64,000 bases of DNA, from NCBI GenBank assembly GCA_009602725.1, contig WELB01000021.1, forward strand, positions 679,502 to 743,501, in the 5' to 3' direction. Below are positions 1-11,859 of this stretch, in pieces; positions within the stretch are counted from its first letter, which is position 1; every line of letters starts with the position of its first letter. The notes below the pieces were generated by a model. That model worked only from the letters and a program-made list of their open reading frames with translations. It searched no databases and was not told the origin of the DNA. The translations under genes were made by a program, and so were the position numbers. Source of the stretch: Spirogloea muscicola (lineage: Eukaryota).

Positions 1-352
1 GCCCGCCGCTTCCATGGGGAGCCGGTGGACTCCCATGCAGCAGGGTCGCTAGCGCAGGTGTACCGCATGCGCTTGGCCGTCTCGCTGCAGAGGTCTATGG
101 CCCGCGCTCTGCACCTGCGTGCAGGCAGAGCCCTCGCTGCTGCCTCTGGCTCTGGCCAGGGGACCCGCTTCCAGGAACCCAGTCTCTCTGACCTGAGGCT
201 GCTTAGCAGGGGTTACTGAGGGCTTCGTAGCTGCTTCGTTTCTTTTCTGTGCTTGTTGTTCTTTGTACTTCCCCTGGCCCCTTCTCGTCCTTTGTTCATT
301 CTTTTCTGGGCTGGCTTTTTCCAGCCCCTATCCTCAATGGGCGAGCCCTTCT
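1..352 (+). mobile_element. 3' end of RLE-type (CRE-like) non-LTR retrotransposon: ORF C-terminus plus 3' UTR stem-loop module
   Basis: The ORF ends ...RMRLAVSLQRSMARALHLRAGRALAAASG...SLSDLRLLSRGY* (TGA 217-219), matching the post-RLE 'RLSVALQR' helix of CRE-like ORFs. It is followed by hairpin GGGCTGG-CTTTTT-CCAGCCC (~308-327) and ATGGGCGAGCCCTT. A near-identical copy lies at ~49703-49880. Confidence 0.8.
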
Positions 353-565
353 TCTTTCTCATAGCCATTGCGTAAATTGATAGAGCTGTTTCGTGCAGAG
401 AGGAAGGCGCCGCTAGATTGATTGGTGGCTGTGCTCTCGCTCCCCTGAGAGTTTCGCCGCCCGGCTGCGGCGCCCCCGTGCTCCTGGGGCTCCCCCCACC
501 GTTCCTTCTTTTCTGAGCTGCCAATCACAGCCATCGCCCTCGTTCTTCTATTGGGAGGCCTAGTC

Positions 566-960
566 AAGTATGACTCAGCCTCAACAGTGGCGTGTCAAGT
601 CAGGTCAGTTTATGGCGGAAAAGGAGCCACCGACGGGATGGGGCGCAACAAACGAAGAACGGGCTCGCCACAACAACAGCGCTGCCGTCCACCGATAGTC
701 AAGCACCGCTCGAGACTGCATTCGGCAAGCTCCCAGCAGCGCAAGAGGAAAAGAGGGGCTGGCAAAGCCAGCCCAAAAAAGAATGGACAAAGTCCAAAGC
801 CAAAGAAAGAGGAGCCGGAGAGAGGACTACTACAACAAACAGCTCTTTCAAGTGGAGGCCATGGCTGTGAGAGGCGAGCTCAAAGGAATGTATTACTACG
901 CAAAGCGGCGGCGCAGGGCAGGGTGGCGGGGGACTCCCGCCACCCCTGCTACTTCTCCCT
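566..960. repeat. Dispersed repeat 'Y' (AAGTATGACTCAGCCTCAACAGTGGCGTG...), interrupted by a retroelement tail
   Basis: The same sequence occurs at ~2787-3060 and inverted at ~12955-13185. Confidence 0.75.
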
Positions 961-1088
961 GTGCTTCCCTCTGCATCCTTTCTGTGTTTTTGCCGTGCTT
1001 TGTCGTGTAGTCCTTTTTCCGGCTCCTCTTTCTTTGGCTTTGGACATTGTCCATTCTTTTTTGGGCTGGCTTTGCCAGCCCCTCTTCT
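751..1088. repeat. Inverted repeat (~88 bp arms) formed by two opposite copies of a retroelement 3' tail
   Basis: 751-840 (AAGAGGGGCTGGCAAAGCCAGCCCAAAAAAGAATGGACAA...) is the reverse complement of ~997-1088 with only a few mismatches. Confidence 0.85.
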
Positions 1089-1796
1089 CTATGGGCGAGC
1101 ACTTTCAGCCTCCCTTTCATCTCATTCGCACCTGTGGCTTCTCCCTTGCAGCTACCTTGAATCCCCTTCTAAGCAACTTTTGACCAAGTGAAATTGGAAA
1201 AGAGCAGCTTGCGGCTTTGTTGGAACAGCTGGGCTTATGTTCGGAAAATCTTAGGGTTGACTGGCAGGGGTGGTGGAACACCTGCACATTCACTAACCAC
1301 TTGTCTGCACATGACAGTAGGTGCGTTAAAGCCACCACCTAACCAAAGCCTACGCAGCTCAAGGAGTCGTTCTCGGGCTGTGGGTCACTGTGAGCTACAC
1401 TTCTCACCTGTTATACAACCATGGGTCCAACATAGCCTGATGTTGGGCTGCCAAACTGGCTAGTGCAGTCTTTTGGCTTTGGCAGTAGCACCATGCCAAT
1501 ATACGACAGGTAAAGATTTTCGAAAGGAATTGCACTGTACAACCAGATAGCCAAACTTCTCCCGCTCGCCTTCCCAGGGCGGGGCCCGGGCGGCGAAGAA
1601 GGAGAATGACGCTTCCAGGAGAGGCGGGAAGTGTGTATTTAATGATGGAGGGCCTTAGAGAGCGGTGGCTGGGAGAGGCCAGCCCAGAGAAAAGAATCAA
1701 CAAAGCCAGCAGTGGAAGAGCTGTTTCTTACAGTGAAAGAGCTGTTTCTTTTAGGAAGAGCTTTCAGAAGAGCTTTTTCTTTTACATCTCTCATAC

Positions 1797-2350
1797 TTGA
1801 CATTGTGGGCGTGCAACCTGGTGGAGGACCACGGGCCTTGGTTGATGTTGTTGTTACGGAGGGTTATAAAGGTCCAGCACCGACGCACATCGTGGCCACG
1901 CAGTGGGCAGTGCAGGACGAAGAAAGCTGCAGCACTACTTCGATTACCCCCAATGCGATCAGCTCCTGCCAGCTACAGTCGACATCTTTGGCTGTTTAGG
2001 TCCTCGTCCGTACACTCCTTCAGAAAATTGCCAATCTAGGCTATGCACGAAGTGCAGATGTGTGTCCGGCTGAGGTGGGCTTGCCAGCTGCATATATGTC
2101 ATTCTTGCGACGACGAGTTTCGGCCTGTTTGCAGCGTGCTCAGGCTAATGCTTTGCACCAGAAAGCTGGGAGAGCTCTAGTTGGTGGCAGAAGGGCTTCG
2201 TATCTGCCATCTAGTATTCAGGCATCGAGTAGCGACCTTTATGTATTGACCCGTGTCTACGGAGCGGGTCAATCTGCTATAGGTGATGTACGTCTTTAGA
2301 TGTGCTTGCCTTTGTACTTGGCCATTTGGCCTTTGTTTAAAATACACGAC
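1797..2350 (+). mobile_element. 5'-truncated CRE-like retrotransposon: RLE domain, C-terminus and type-B 3' tail
   Basis: The frames give DIVGVQPGGGPRALVDVVVT (RLE D...D motif), RKLQHYFDYPQCDQLLPATVDIFGCLGP (KxxHY and P-x-x-V-D-x-F-G) and RRVSACLQRAQANALHQKAGRAL...SSSDLYVLTRVY. The tail is GTGCTTGCCTTTGTACTTGGCCATTTGGCC. A paralogous copy lies at 12530-12950. Confidence 0.75.
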
Positions 2351-2354
2351 AATT

Positions 2355-2590
2355 ACTCCGCCTGCTAGCTATACCGACTTGCACTTACTGAGTAGAGGTT
2401 ACTGAGAGCCCCCTTGCTGCCGTCTTAGCGATTAGTATCTTGCTTTTTACGCCATCCGGCCCCTTCAGAACTTGTCCTATTTATGGGCTGGCCTCTCACA
2501 GCCACCAGTCAATCTGGGAGCGCTGTTCTCATTTCCGGGCTGGCTTCTCACAGCCCTTGCCCCCATGGGAGAGTCACTTCCTTTTCGGGT
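2355..2590 (+). mobile_element. Short CRE-like 3' end with two tandem stem-loop modules
   Basis: SYTDLHLLSRGY* (TACTGAG ~2400-2406) is followed by GGGCTGGCCTCTCACAGCC (~2485) and GGGCTGGCTTCTCACAGCCC (~2537), then GGGAGAGTCACTTC. Confidence 0.75.
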
Positions 2591-2595
2591 TGGTT

Positions 2596-3277
2596 GGCTC
2601 GCTTGCCTCGTTGCGCATCGAGCGCTCATCTGGCAGTGGGGCAAGAGGACGCGCGGGCCTTGCCCCTTGGCCGTATTCTGCTACCGTGATGTCGCATTGA
2701 CAGTCGAGCGCTCGCTTTGACCTTTGACCATTCTTTCTTTCTCTGACCGAGCATGGACCCCCCACCTCGAGTCTGTTCAAAGCAGGAAGTATGACTCAGC
2801 CTCAACAGTGGCGTGTCAAGTCAGGTCATTTTTGGCGGAAGAGGAGCCACGACGGTATGGGCGCAACAAAAGGGCTGCCGTCCTCCTACCGTCGAGCACC
2901 GCTCGAGACTGCATTCGGCAAGCCACCAGCGGCGCAAGACCAGAGAGCACTTTCTTCTTCAGTAGCTGTGAGAGGCGAGCCCAAAGATGCGCAAAGCGCA
3001 AAGCGGCGGCGCAGGGCAGGGTGGCGGGGGACTTCCGCCAACCCCCAGGCCACTTCGCTCGCCACGTCCCACGGGGTGGGGCCCCAGCGCGGAGAAGAAG
3101 GCAGACTCTTCTGTGAACGGAATCGAGGTGGGGGTTCCATGCTCGGTCAAAGCTCAAAGCGCGCGCACGCGACTGAAAATGCGACTAAATGGTGGCAGAA
3201 TACGGCAAAGGGGCAAGGCCCGCGCGTCCTGCCAAATGACCGCTCGATGCGCAATAGCGAGGCAAGCGAGCCCAACG
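2596..3277. repeat. Dispersed repeat 'X' in inverted arrangement (2596-2775 vs ~3110-3277) enclosing repeat Y
   Basis: GGCTCGCTTGCCTCG...GGACGCGCGGGCCTTGCCCCTT...GACCGAGCATGGACCCCCCACCTCGA is mirrored at 3110-3277. A third copy is inverted at ~13195-13350. Confidence 0.75.
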
Positions 3278-3309
3278 GATGAGAGGGAGAAGAAAGTTGT
3301 ATCTGCGAG

Positions 3310-3443
3310 AGAAAGGGCTTCCAGTAGAGGGCGATATCTGAGTGGCCAGCTCAGAAAATATAATGAAGGAAGTTTGAAAGGGCCAGAGAAAGCGCTAAAC
3401 CACACAGTGACTCAATGGCCACGAGGTACTCAGTAACCCCTGT
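3310..3443 (-). mobile_element. CRE-like 3' tail truncated just upstream of the RGY* stop
   Basis: CTCAGTAACCCCTG (reverse of ...AGGGGTTACTGAG) plus a degenerate tail module. It is closely similar to 34803-34885. Confidence 0.65.
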
Positions 3444-3552
3444 GTCTTTGCAATCATCATAAAAAGAGTGCAATAGTGACAAGACAGTACCCTTCCTTTG
3501 GGGAGGTGGCTGTAATAGGACAGCACAGATATTGGCCAAAGTTGGATGAGCA

Positions 3553-3781
3553 GGAGGGGAGGGGGTGAGAGAGCGCGAGCAAGCGCGAGAGTGAGTGAGA
3601 GAGCGCCGAGCGAGCGCAAGACAGACGGAGAGAAAAGAGAGATAGAGAGAGAGAGAGAGGAGGAGCGATGGATAGAAAAGAGGGAGTAAGGAGAGGGGGG
3701 AAGCGGCTGCTGGGGGGAGAGGGAGGAAAGAGAGAGGGGAGGGAGAGAGAGAGGGAGAGAGAGTGAGAGGGAGAGAGAGAG

Positions 3782-3840
<59 letters not shown>
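3553..3840 (+). repeat. Polypurine tract ending in a near-pure (GA)n microsatellite (~3771-3840)
   Basis: Direct reading of the sequence. Confidence 0.95.
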
Positions 3841-3843
<3 letters not shown>

Positions 3844-4092
3844 AGATGAGGCACCTATCATCCTCCAGCGCTCTCGCTCAAGGCCTTCTCATTCTTCCCA
3901 ATGCTGCCTCTTCGCAATGATGTGATGGTGCTGGTAGCTTAGCACCAAGATTGTCGTCATGAGGTCAATCTTGGCCAAATCCTGAAGCCGTTATGGGCGT
4001 GCTTGCGTGCTACCTTATAATCGTAATTGATGGTGGGGAGGCGTGGTGGTAGCTCGTGGTTCAGTATTGCACAAAGATATCACACAAACTAA

Positions 4093-4430
4093 GTGATGGA
4101 GGGCCTGAGTGACAAAGTACAAATGCAACCACATCTATATTACGCAGGACACAGCACAAGCAGGTGAAGATGGGGGAGGCGAAACCAATGGGAGGCCGGC
4201 AATTGTGAGCAGCAGCAAGCCCAGTGGTCAGCCGTGACGTCGGTCGCAAAGTATGGGCTCGAGAAGGTGACACGAGGCTTTACCTGCTGCTTGCCCAGAG
4301 GCAGCCTTCGTCAGCCCCGCCTCGCCGACCATCGGTGCAACGCTTGGCCCATGCGCGCTGCGGATGATGCCGCAGGTGGCTCGATGGCCGCTTGCTTGCC
4401 GCCTGAACGCGTCAGAAGCGACGTCCTTCT
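4093..4430. repeat. Dispersed ~340 bp repeat of unknown class
   Basis: GTGATGGAGGGCCTGAGTGAC...GGGCTCGAGAAGGTG...GCTTGCCCAGAGGCAGCCTTCGTCAG...GGCCGCTTGCTTGC is shared with ~27260-27592. Confidence 0.75.
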
Positions 4431-4559
4431 TCGGCAGCCGCGGAGTCCTGGCAGAGTCCGTCCTCCTCTCCTCCCCACCTCCAGCAATGCACTCCTGCAC
4501 CAGACCCCGCCTCCGAGCGGGTCCCCATCTCCTCATCTACCTCCCCCGCTACTCCAGCC

Positions 4560-5180
4560 GCCTGTGGTGGCTCCCATAGTGCCAGGGCCGCCAGAGGCAC
4601 CCTTGCACAATGCAGGGCTGCTCTCCTCAACAGCGGCTTGCCAACCATGGCCGCCCCGGTGCCCCAGGCTCGCCGGTCTCCTGCCAAGGCTGCCAGTACC
4701 TCTTCAACGTGCGGAGTTTGGCAATCCACTCTGTGCACTGCAGCGAATGCCGGGCTTGCCATGAGCTGGTGGCAGCACCGCTCCTGACAGATGTCGTCCG
4801 CCCCAAACCATCTCCGTAACTGGAAGGCTGGCGGTGGGCAGCCACGGTGGACCTCCTCCGGTTCCTTTTCCCAACAGCCTCCACAACCGTCGGCGATGTT
4901 GCAAAGGCACACCATGAGCGCTGCAAGGTGCTGGCTGCCATCCTCTCACGTATGGTTTCTGCTCTAGCAGACGAGCCCGCCTGCACAAATGTACCTGCTC
5001 TCCTCCAAGCTTGTTCCTGGCCCTTTTTCCTCCTATGGTGGGGATGGCCGCAGCTGCCTCTTGGACAGGCTGGCTCGTTTAGCAGGCGGCAGTGAGAGCG
5101 ACCTGGCTCACCAGCGTGCAGCTCCGCTCGGGCTGCTCGGGCCGTGCTCTCAGAAGGTGGTTTGCGCGTGGCAATGCAGA
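4560..5180 (+). mobile_element. Degenerate N-terminal part of a CRE-like ORF (Zn-finger-like motifs and pre-RT helices)
   Basis: Broken frames give HPCTMQGCS...RLANH, CQGCQYLFNVRSLAIHSVHC, WRWAATVDLL, RLARLAGG and ARAARAVLSEGGLRVAM. The assignment is by motif resemblance only. Confidence 0.45.
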
Positions 5181-5649
5181 CAACCAGCCAATTTGTGTAG
5201 GTCCTCATCTCTACAAACCATTTGAAATGTTTGCCAGCCCTTGTTATGCTCACTATGAGGATGTCTTTCTGGTCGAGATGGGCTTGCTGGCAGCATGTCT
5301 GGTTCTTGAGCAGTCATGTGTCAGTTTGCCTGCAGCGAGCTCAGGCCAGGTGCTCTGCACCAGAAAGCTGGGAAAGCCTTGCACTCACTTGATTCTGGTC
5401 TGTTCCTGTCTTTTTCTTCTTTTATCAAAATGTCTATCGATCTCGATTTTTACCTCTCCACATGGATTCTACTTCTGGCAAAGCCATCACGCGCCAATCT
5501 GACGATACAGAAAGCAAAGACTCCTGCAGCACAACCCTCAGTAGGCGTGGTCACATGTGAACTATTCTCTGCAGTGAAGGTAGCAAAGAAGCACTTTCCA
5601 CAATGAGGCGGCCTTGACGCTTTATCCCTGTCCTCATGGCACGGCCCTT

Positions 5650-6115
5650 GCTGGGCTACTACATTGCGGAGGCGCAGCCTGTCTGCCAGCAGCGTCTCTA
5701 CTCCCTGCCGCTTCTCATGGCGAGGTTGCTGAGGGGAGCTTTTGGGCTTATGGTGGACCAGGAAACTGCACTACACCCTCCTCCACCCTGATTGCAACTC
5801 GCAACTGGGCCGCGGCAGCCCCCTGACAGCAGCCTTGCTCAAGCGTGCCATCCGCTTCGCCAATGCAACCGAAACCTTGCATGCCATGCAGGCCCTCAAG
5901 CCCTCCTCAACTGCTCTGGCATATGACATAGCGTAGCTGGCCCTGCAGGAGCTCCACCTGCTGTCACCTGCCAACACCCCATTGTCCATTGGCTGGCCTC
6001 TAATATCTCCTCGATGGAGGATGACCTTGACTCTGCACGTCTCTAACGGGCAGCATTGCAGCTTAGCGCAGCTGTAGGGGGCCCTTCAGGCATGCCTCTG
6101 GAGTACCTGAAGAAG
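5650..6115 (+). mobile_element. Degenerate CRE-like pre-RT fragment including the RT domain-0 GPSG motif
   Basis: LLKRAIRFANATETLHAMQALKPSSTALAYDIA*LALQELH is followed by RAALQLSAAVGGPSG/MPLEYLK, resembling the 'RA..LA..G....A..AL' and 'GPSG.R.EHL' motifs of CRE-like ORFs. Confidence 0.5.
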
Positions 6116-9100
6116 CTGAAGGTGGGGGGGCGATGCAGCAGACTTTGAGCATGTCTCCCAACACATTGCAAGTGGGCCTCAGCTCCTCCGCAGGCTCGGT
6201 GTGCTTCTCACCAGCCTCCTGACAGGTTTTAAGGGAGGGGGAAATGGCAGCCTCTCAACATGCGCAGTGTTTAAAGTACTGGATGTGTCTTCTATGGTGT
6301 CCACCAATTCCACTTCAAGTCCTGTATACTTGGCACTGGCCTGTACTGCAGCGGCAAGGCTACTACCTTCAGCACACGAGGTGCATTGGAAGCACACCGC
6401 AATCTCCAGGTGCCGTTTGGCAAAACAGGAGATGCTTCCAACACCACCAAGTGCCGCATAGGGTAGGAGCTCAGTGATGCCTTTCTACCCAACCTTGTCA
6501 GAATCCTCTTAGCTATGTAGGGCAAGATTAGTACGCTCTAGTGGTGGCATGGGCATGCTGCATGGCGCTGTTGACCACAGGCACACGGATGCCTGTGTTG
6601 ACTTCTGAATCACTTTGGCGTAACTCTGCATCCTCTTCCTGTCTTCTGCCACCCATCCTTGCGTCCTCCTCTTGGCAATTGCCAGTACTGTCTCCATTGT
6701 TGCCCCCCACCCACCTTGTCCTCACAGCCTATGGCACCTTGCTCTAGGAGTTGGCACTCTGGGCTTAACATGAGACCCTCCAAGTACTTCTCGTGGCTTA
6801 GCATGTGGCTTGCTGGCCTGCCTCCTGCTACCCGAGTAGTGCCAGTCCCTGCACCAGGTCAAATACTTGTCGGACGCTGGACGCCCGTGTGCTTGTGCAG
6901 GCCAAGGTGGAGGAGCATCTCCAGTACTACCTATGTTAACGGGCTCGGCTATCAGGCCTCCAGGGCTTGCAGAAGCCGTTCCCCAAGGCTGGATCGTTCA
7001 ACGCCCGACATTCATCACTTGATTTACTCTCTCAGGGCGTTTCCCCTTACGACGACCTCAGGGATGTCAATTCTGGCTTTGTAAGAAGTTCCTATCGATG
7101 ATTGACTGAGAACTTGTTCGTGGATTTTCCTATTCTTAGCTTCAACCAGACCTACCTTGCTGCAGACCACGAGGAGCTAATGGCTTGCACAACACTGATG
7201 GCCCTCCACCTCAAAGCCTCCTACTATCTGCAACTTCTTCCCCAGCAGCCTCGGGCGGACTTGGATTGACGCTGTCAGGACCAGGCTTGCAGGCCCGTCT
7301 ACCTTGGCAGCTGGACAGCTTCTGCGGCCACAGTCTTATCTTTAATGTTCCAGCCATGGCTGGCGCATCATTGAGGCACTCCTGAATGACATCCGCTGGT
7401 CACAACCGCCTCATGTTGACCTGCCCACCACCAGCTCTTCGGAGCCCGAATTGAGCAGCTACAGATACTTTCACAACAACGGTGTGCACGTGGATGGGGG
7501 AATGCAGCAGCACAATCTCAAGGAGAGAGATCAGGCAGCTTCCAACTAGTAGTCAAGAGCTGTGGTGTTTGACAATTGGAGTCAAAATTAGTCCCTCTTT
7601 GTTTTTCTCTTGGTGCATCGGCATTTCCATCCTGCCACTCTTGTTGCCAACGCCCTGCATGTAGCAGGAATTGCTTACTGACTAGTTGTGCTGCTGCGCC
7701 TGGGCCCTCCTTGAAGCAAGATGGCAGTGTGTACGCAGGTTTCAGTAGGCAGGTGCAGTCTTGATCCTGGTGCACATGGTACGTGTGGCTGGAAGTAGTC
7801 TAATGGCCGTCATGAATTGTGTGAGACAGCAAGTTTGGCATGTTCTCATGGTTGGGGGATTTGCTAAGTATCACTGAGGTGTTGTTCAATTATAGTGCCA
7901 ATATAGGTGCGTGCAGACAACCTCCAGTGTGCAGACGAATCCTACAATGGGAGGTTTTGTCGGGGTACTACTTGGTGGTGACCTTCGCCTCTTGCTCTCT
8001 TTGGATGATCACCAACTGCCAGGTTAATATCTCTGCCACTGTGTCTGCACCAGAAGAGGGCTGAGCACTCTGTGCTGCAAATGTTGGAAGGTAGCTCAGT
8101 ATGCCGAAAACCGCCCCCCTTCGCTGCTAGATACACTCTTCAGCTATGAGCCTCATTGTTCGTTATAAGAAGTTTTGGCTTGCCCTTAGGCTTGCATAGA
8201 GCGGCAGGTCAAGTTTGTGGCCAATACCAACACAACAAGTATTCGAATCTGTACACCCCTCCTTGGAACTCTTGATGTACTTGTCCTGCTCCTCACAGCA
8301 CTTGCAGGCTATGCCCTTGCACTTACACGCTCTGTGTGCATTGGCTGCCACGTCTATGATTGGCTCGTTAAATGTGTGGCTCTGGAGCTATGGTCATTCA
8401 TCCAGCTCCCCTTATCGTTATCAGAAGTGAGGGCCATCATGCAGCCCTCTGCCTTTGCCACTCGTTCTCACCCAACATGCCTGTCAGCTCCACAAGCCAC
8501 GAGCTTCTGGGGAGGGACCTGGTGGATTGAAGAGATGGAGACGTCTTTTGCAGCTCGCCCCTGCCAGTTGCCTTCGTACTCTTTGACCCACCACTATGAC
8601 TATGTAAGCAGCTCCACATATGCATCGCGTATCAGGTGAGCTTGAGAGCTCCACGATAAGACATAGCTGTGAATAGCCACCTTGCTCCTTGCAAGAGGCG
8701 CGTGGAAGCGTGAGGACAAGACAATATGAGCTCCTGAGTGTGTGGCAAGGGCCAGGCTTATGCAGACGAGGGCCTGTTGAAAGGAGTACTGGCATGCGCG
8801 CAGAAGTGACAGGCTAATGACGACGGGCACAGTATTCTGGATAGCTGCCAGGTGGCTGTCTCAGAAGAGCCCGTCGAGCAGCAAGCTAGAAGAGTGGTGG
8901 TGAGACTGATGGCGACGGTGGCATCATGACCGTCACAAGAGTCTGGCCAAGCACTCAAATCAATGGCTAGGGTCATCCAAAAGCACCATTGGTACAGAAC
9001 GGACAGTCCGGCTTCTGATAGCTAGTAGCGATACATAAAAGCACACAGGTGGACAGCAAGGACACAGCATGCAGTGTAGGCGGTCTCCCCCTAGAGACAG

Positions 9101-10146
9101 GAGTGACTGCAGCAGCAAGAACAAGTGCAGACAGTGCATTTGTAATACTTTATTTGCAGGCGTCCAAGGCTTGAGTATACTCTGCACTTGACAATTGGTC
9201 TCAGTCGCAATGTTGAGCCCCTCTTTGATTATTCTGGTATGTTGGATGAATCATCCAAAAGCAAGCGAGAATCACATTCCATTACTTGATCATGTTGGCC
9301 TCCACCTAGCTAGCTTAACTGACATGCAAGGGGATGCAAGCGCACGTGCTCAAGCAAGTCGCAGTCTAGCTCCAACAACCAAGGATGAGACGATGGATGT
9401 GTTGGCACCGTGACAAGCACCTTGCATGCCACTTGCCCACCCTCTACTTAGCACATTCAAAGCTACCTGTGTGTAGAAGTAGAACTGCATTGGGACGCCA
9501 TATCATCACTTGTGACAAGCAGGTGCGCCTTCGTGCACTTGCTGAACACGTGCGGTCAACGACCTCTTCAATGTGAAGGGTGATAATAATGAAAGAATCA
9601 TGCGAGTCAGTAAGGTCCAGCCCCACAATTTGCAGGTCAGAACTCAGGTCGGTGCCAGTGCAGGCAGAGTAGACTAGACTCGCTATCTCGCTATCTCGCT
9701 ATCTGAAGCTCAAGCTTCACTAACCACCTCAACGTCCTCTCTATGAGGTACTTCCATGAGAGGAGGGACGAAATACCAACTTCATACATCGAATGTAAAT
9801 TGACATCCTTAGTAGTCAGTGATTTCTATGGATGTGACAAAGCAGCTCTGTACAATGTTCACGTGCTCATGGTCACCGGTTTTGCAGATCTTTCCAGTCA
9901 AGCACAAGGTCGTCCAGTGACATATTTAGGCAGGTCGTCCAGGCAAAAGGCAGGTCGTCCATGCCAAGTCCGCGCAATGAGACGGTTGAGACAGTTGTTG
10001 CCTGCCAAGTCACAAGCCCTTAGAGGTCAGAAGCCCAATCCTGTGTCGATATCAAGAGAAATATACTTCGACTCGAGAGCTCACTGACAGCGGTAAATCC
10101 TCTCTTTGATCACGAAGCATTTCAAACCTTGGTTTGCTAGGTTTAC

Positions 10147-10995
10147 CTTAGGCGAGGCGCTGAATCTTGAATAGAGATTCCAGCATCCAAAAGCTAGTAG
10201 CATTCCTGTGAACGCCGTAAGGAAAACGGCTGCAATGTGGACGGTACAGCTCCCGGATAAGGGGAGGGGGCCACGAGCAGGCGTCCAAAGCTTCGACAGA
10301 TTCCGGGCTCTTGAAAAGTGGTCCCAGCTGCGGCACTGTGCCCCTTCTTCATGTTCCCGAGGCTGTGAGCAACGCAGTCATGGTAGAATCATGGTCACAT
10401 AGAAAATCTGACCACGGTGGTCTCCACAGATCCACCCATCCGAATTTATGGATGCACAGACGTGCTCAAGGTGTTGCATGCTGGCTCCAACCTGCAGAAA
10501 GGAGATGTTCGCTGGCCCCGCGACGAGCACATCCTGGGTGCTGTGCGGCACTGGAAGAAACACCGTGATGCTTGACCTGCAATGCTGGGCGAGAGCTTCA
10601 GCGAGACATGAACGAAAACGAGATATGGTGCATCATGAAGTTGCAGGATCCAGGGCAAGTTGCGCGTAAGTCTACCCGCTCGTGAAGGAGGTGAAGGCCG
10701 CCGTCGTCGGCGGCGGGGAGGGCGCCACTGCGAGGCACTCGCATGCCTTGAGAGCGGCGCCACAAAATGGGGGTGAGTGGCAGGGGACGGTGGGCGAGGC
10801 GCAGAGAATGAAGCAGCTCTCGGGAGGGGGGGGCTGAAGTGCACTGAGCGCCGGCTTGGAGCGCCCAAGGCATGGCCGAGCTCAGGTGAGTCGCAGTCTG
10901 CCTCTGACCATCCAAAAGACGGTGCTTGACCACAGCGCGGAGAGTGCAGCCTTGGCTTTGTACGGCACCGGCAGGGACGCCGCACGCATGGCCAT
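10147..10995 (-). CDS. Putative spliced gene for a small single-pass membrane protein (3' end not defined)
   Basis: Candidate exons are MAMRAASLPVPYKAKAALSALWSSTVFWM, GSSITVFLPVPHSTQDVLVAGPANISFLQ and an open 216-nt AG/GT-bounded exon 10362-10147 containing the hydrophobic VHIAAVFLTAFTGMLLAFGCWNLY. A CpG-rich upstream region lies at 11000-11750. Confidence 0.35.
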
Positions 10996-11859
10996 CGCGG
11001 GGCTGCTGCGAGACGACGCCGGGCGAGCTGTACGGCGAGCTTGAGCTTGAGCGAGATTGAGCGCGGAGCGGGAGGCGCAGCGAGGAATCTAATGGAATTC
11101 GGCCCGAATCTCGAGCGGGGCGTCGGCCTACCGGCTCGTGGAGGTGGCCGAGAGCAGCCAAGCTGGGCTGCGAGCCGGCGGCGGCGACGGCGCCGCGGCG
11201 AGGGTTCCGCCGCTTGGCGGCGGCCGCGGCCGGGGGGGGGGGGGGCCGGGCAAGGTGGGGAGTCGGGCTGGGCGCCGAGAATCGGAGTATAATGCTGCAT
11301 AGGCGACGCCTCCGCTCCTCAGCCGTCGCCACCCTACGGAGTCAGCGTACAAGCGGGAGCCGTCGTTGCGCAGAAGGCGAGCGGAGGAAGCGTGCGCCCA
11401 GGCGCGAGCAAAGGAAGAGTGCGCCCAGGTGCGCGCGGAAGGAACGGAGGAAGCTGCTGTGAGCTGCGGACGGACCCGTTGCTGGCCCGGCGGCCCGCCC
11501 AAATCCCGCCAAAATCCCAGGGGGGCCCCCAGCTGCCGCGGCGCGTGGCCCCGCGGGGGGCCGCGCCTCCCTCCCCGCCGGCCTTCCATCCGCTGCCCGC
11601 GCGTCTCGCCGCAACCGGGCCGCCCTCCCTCCTCACCACCACCCCGGCCCTTGACCAGGGTTGAACCTGGGCGCCCGCGCCTAATGGGCAGCTACCACGA
11701 TAGTCTCTCAATGGGCAGCCACCACGACATATCACGGCCGCCCGGGCGCGCGCCCTTCTCCCTCTTTATCTCTACATCATAAGTTCTGTGATTCTCTCTA
11801 AAAGAGATGGGCCCCCAGCCGCATACCGCCGACGCCGACTCCCGCACGGGTGCCATCGG

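Noticed and set aside
2485..2580. Tail module as an HDV-like or hammerhead ribozyme
   Set aside because: I could not fit the HDV nested double pseudoknot or the hammerhead CUGANGA/GAAA cores by eye, and R2-type ribozymes sit at 5' ends. A descriptor search would be needed to exclude it fully.
3351..3861. Ser/Leu-repeat ORFs
   Set aside because: They are translations of the (GA)n microsatellite.
6180..9200. Exon-like hydrophobic fragments (e.g. MGGFVGVLLGGD, LDVLVLLLTALAGY)
   Set aside because: They are probably decayed gene pieces, but no consistent spliced model or family could be supported.
10446..11782. Long Arg/Pro/Ala-rich ORFs on both strands
   Set aside because: This is a stop-poor GC-rich island with no recognisable domain. 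The same applies to 25325-25997, 38350-39300 and 46357-47218.
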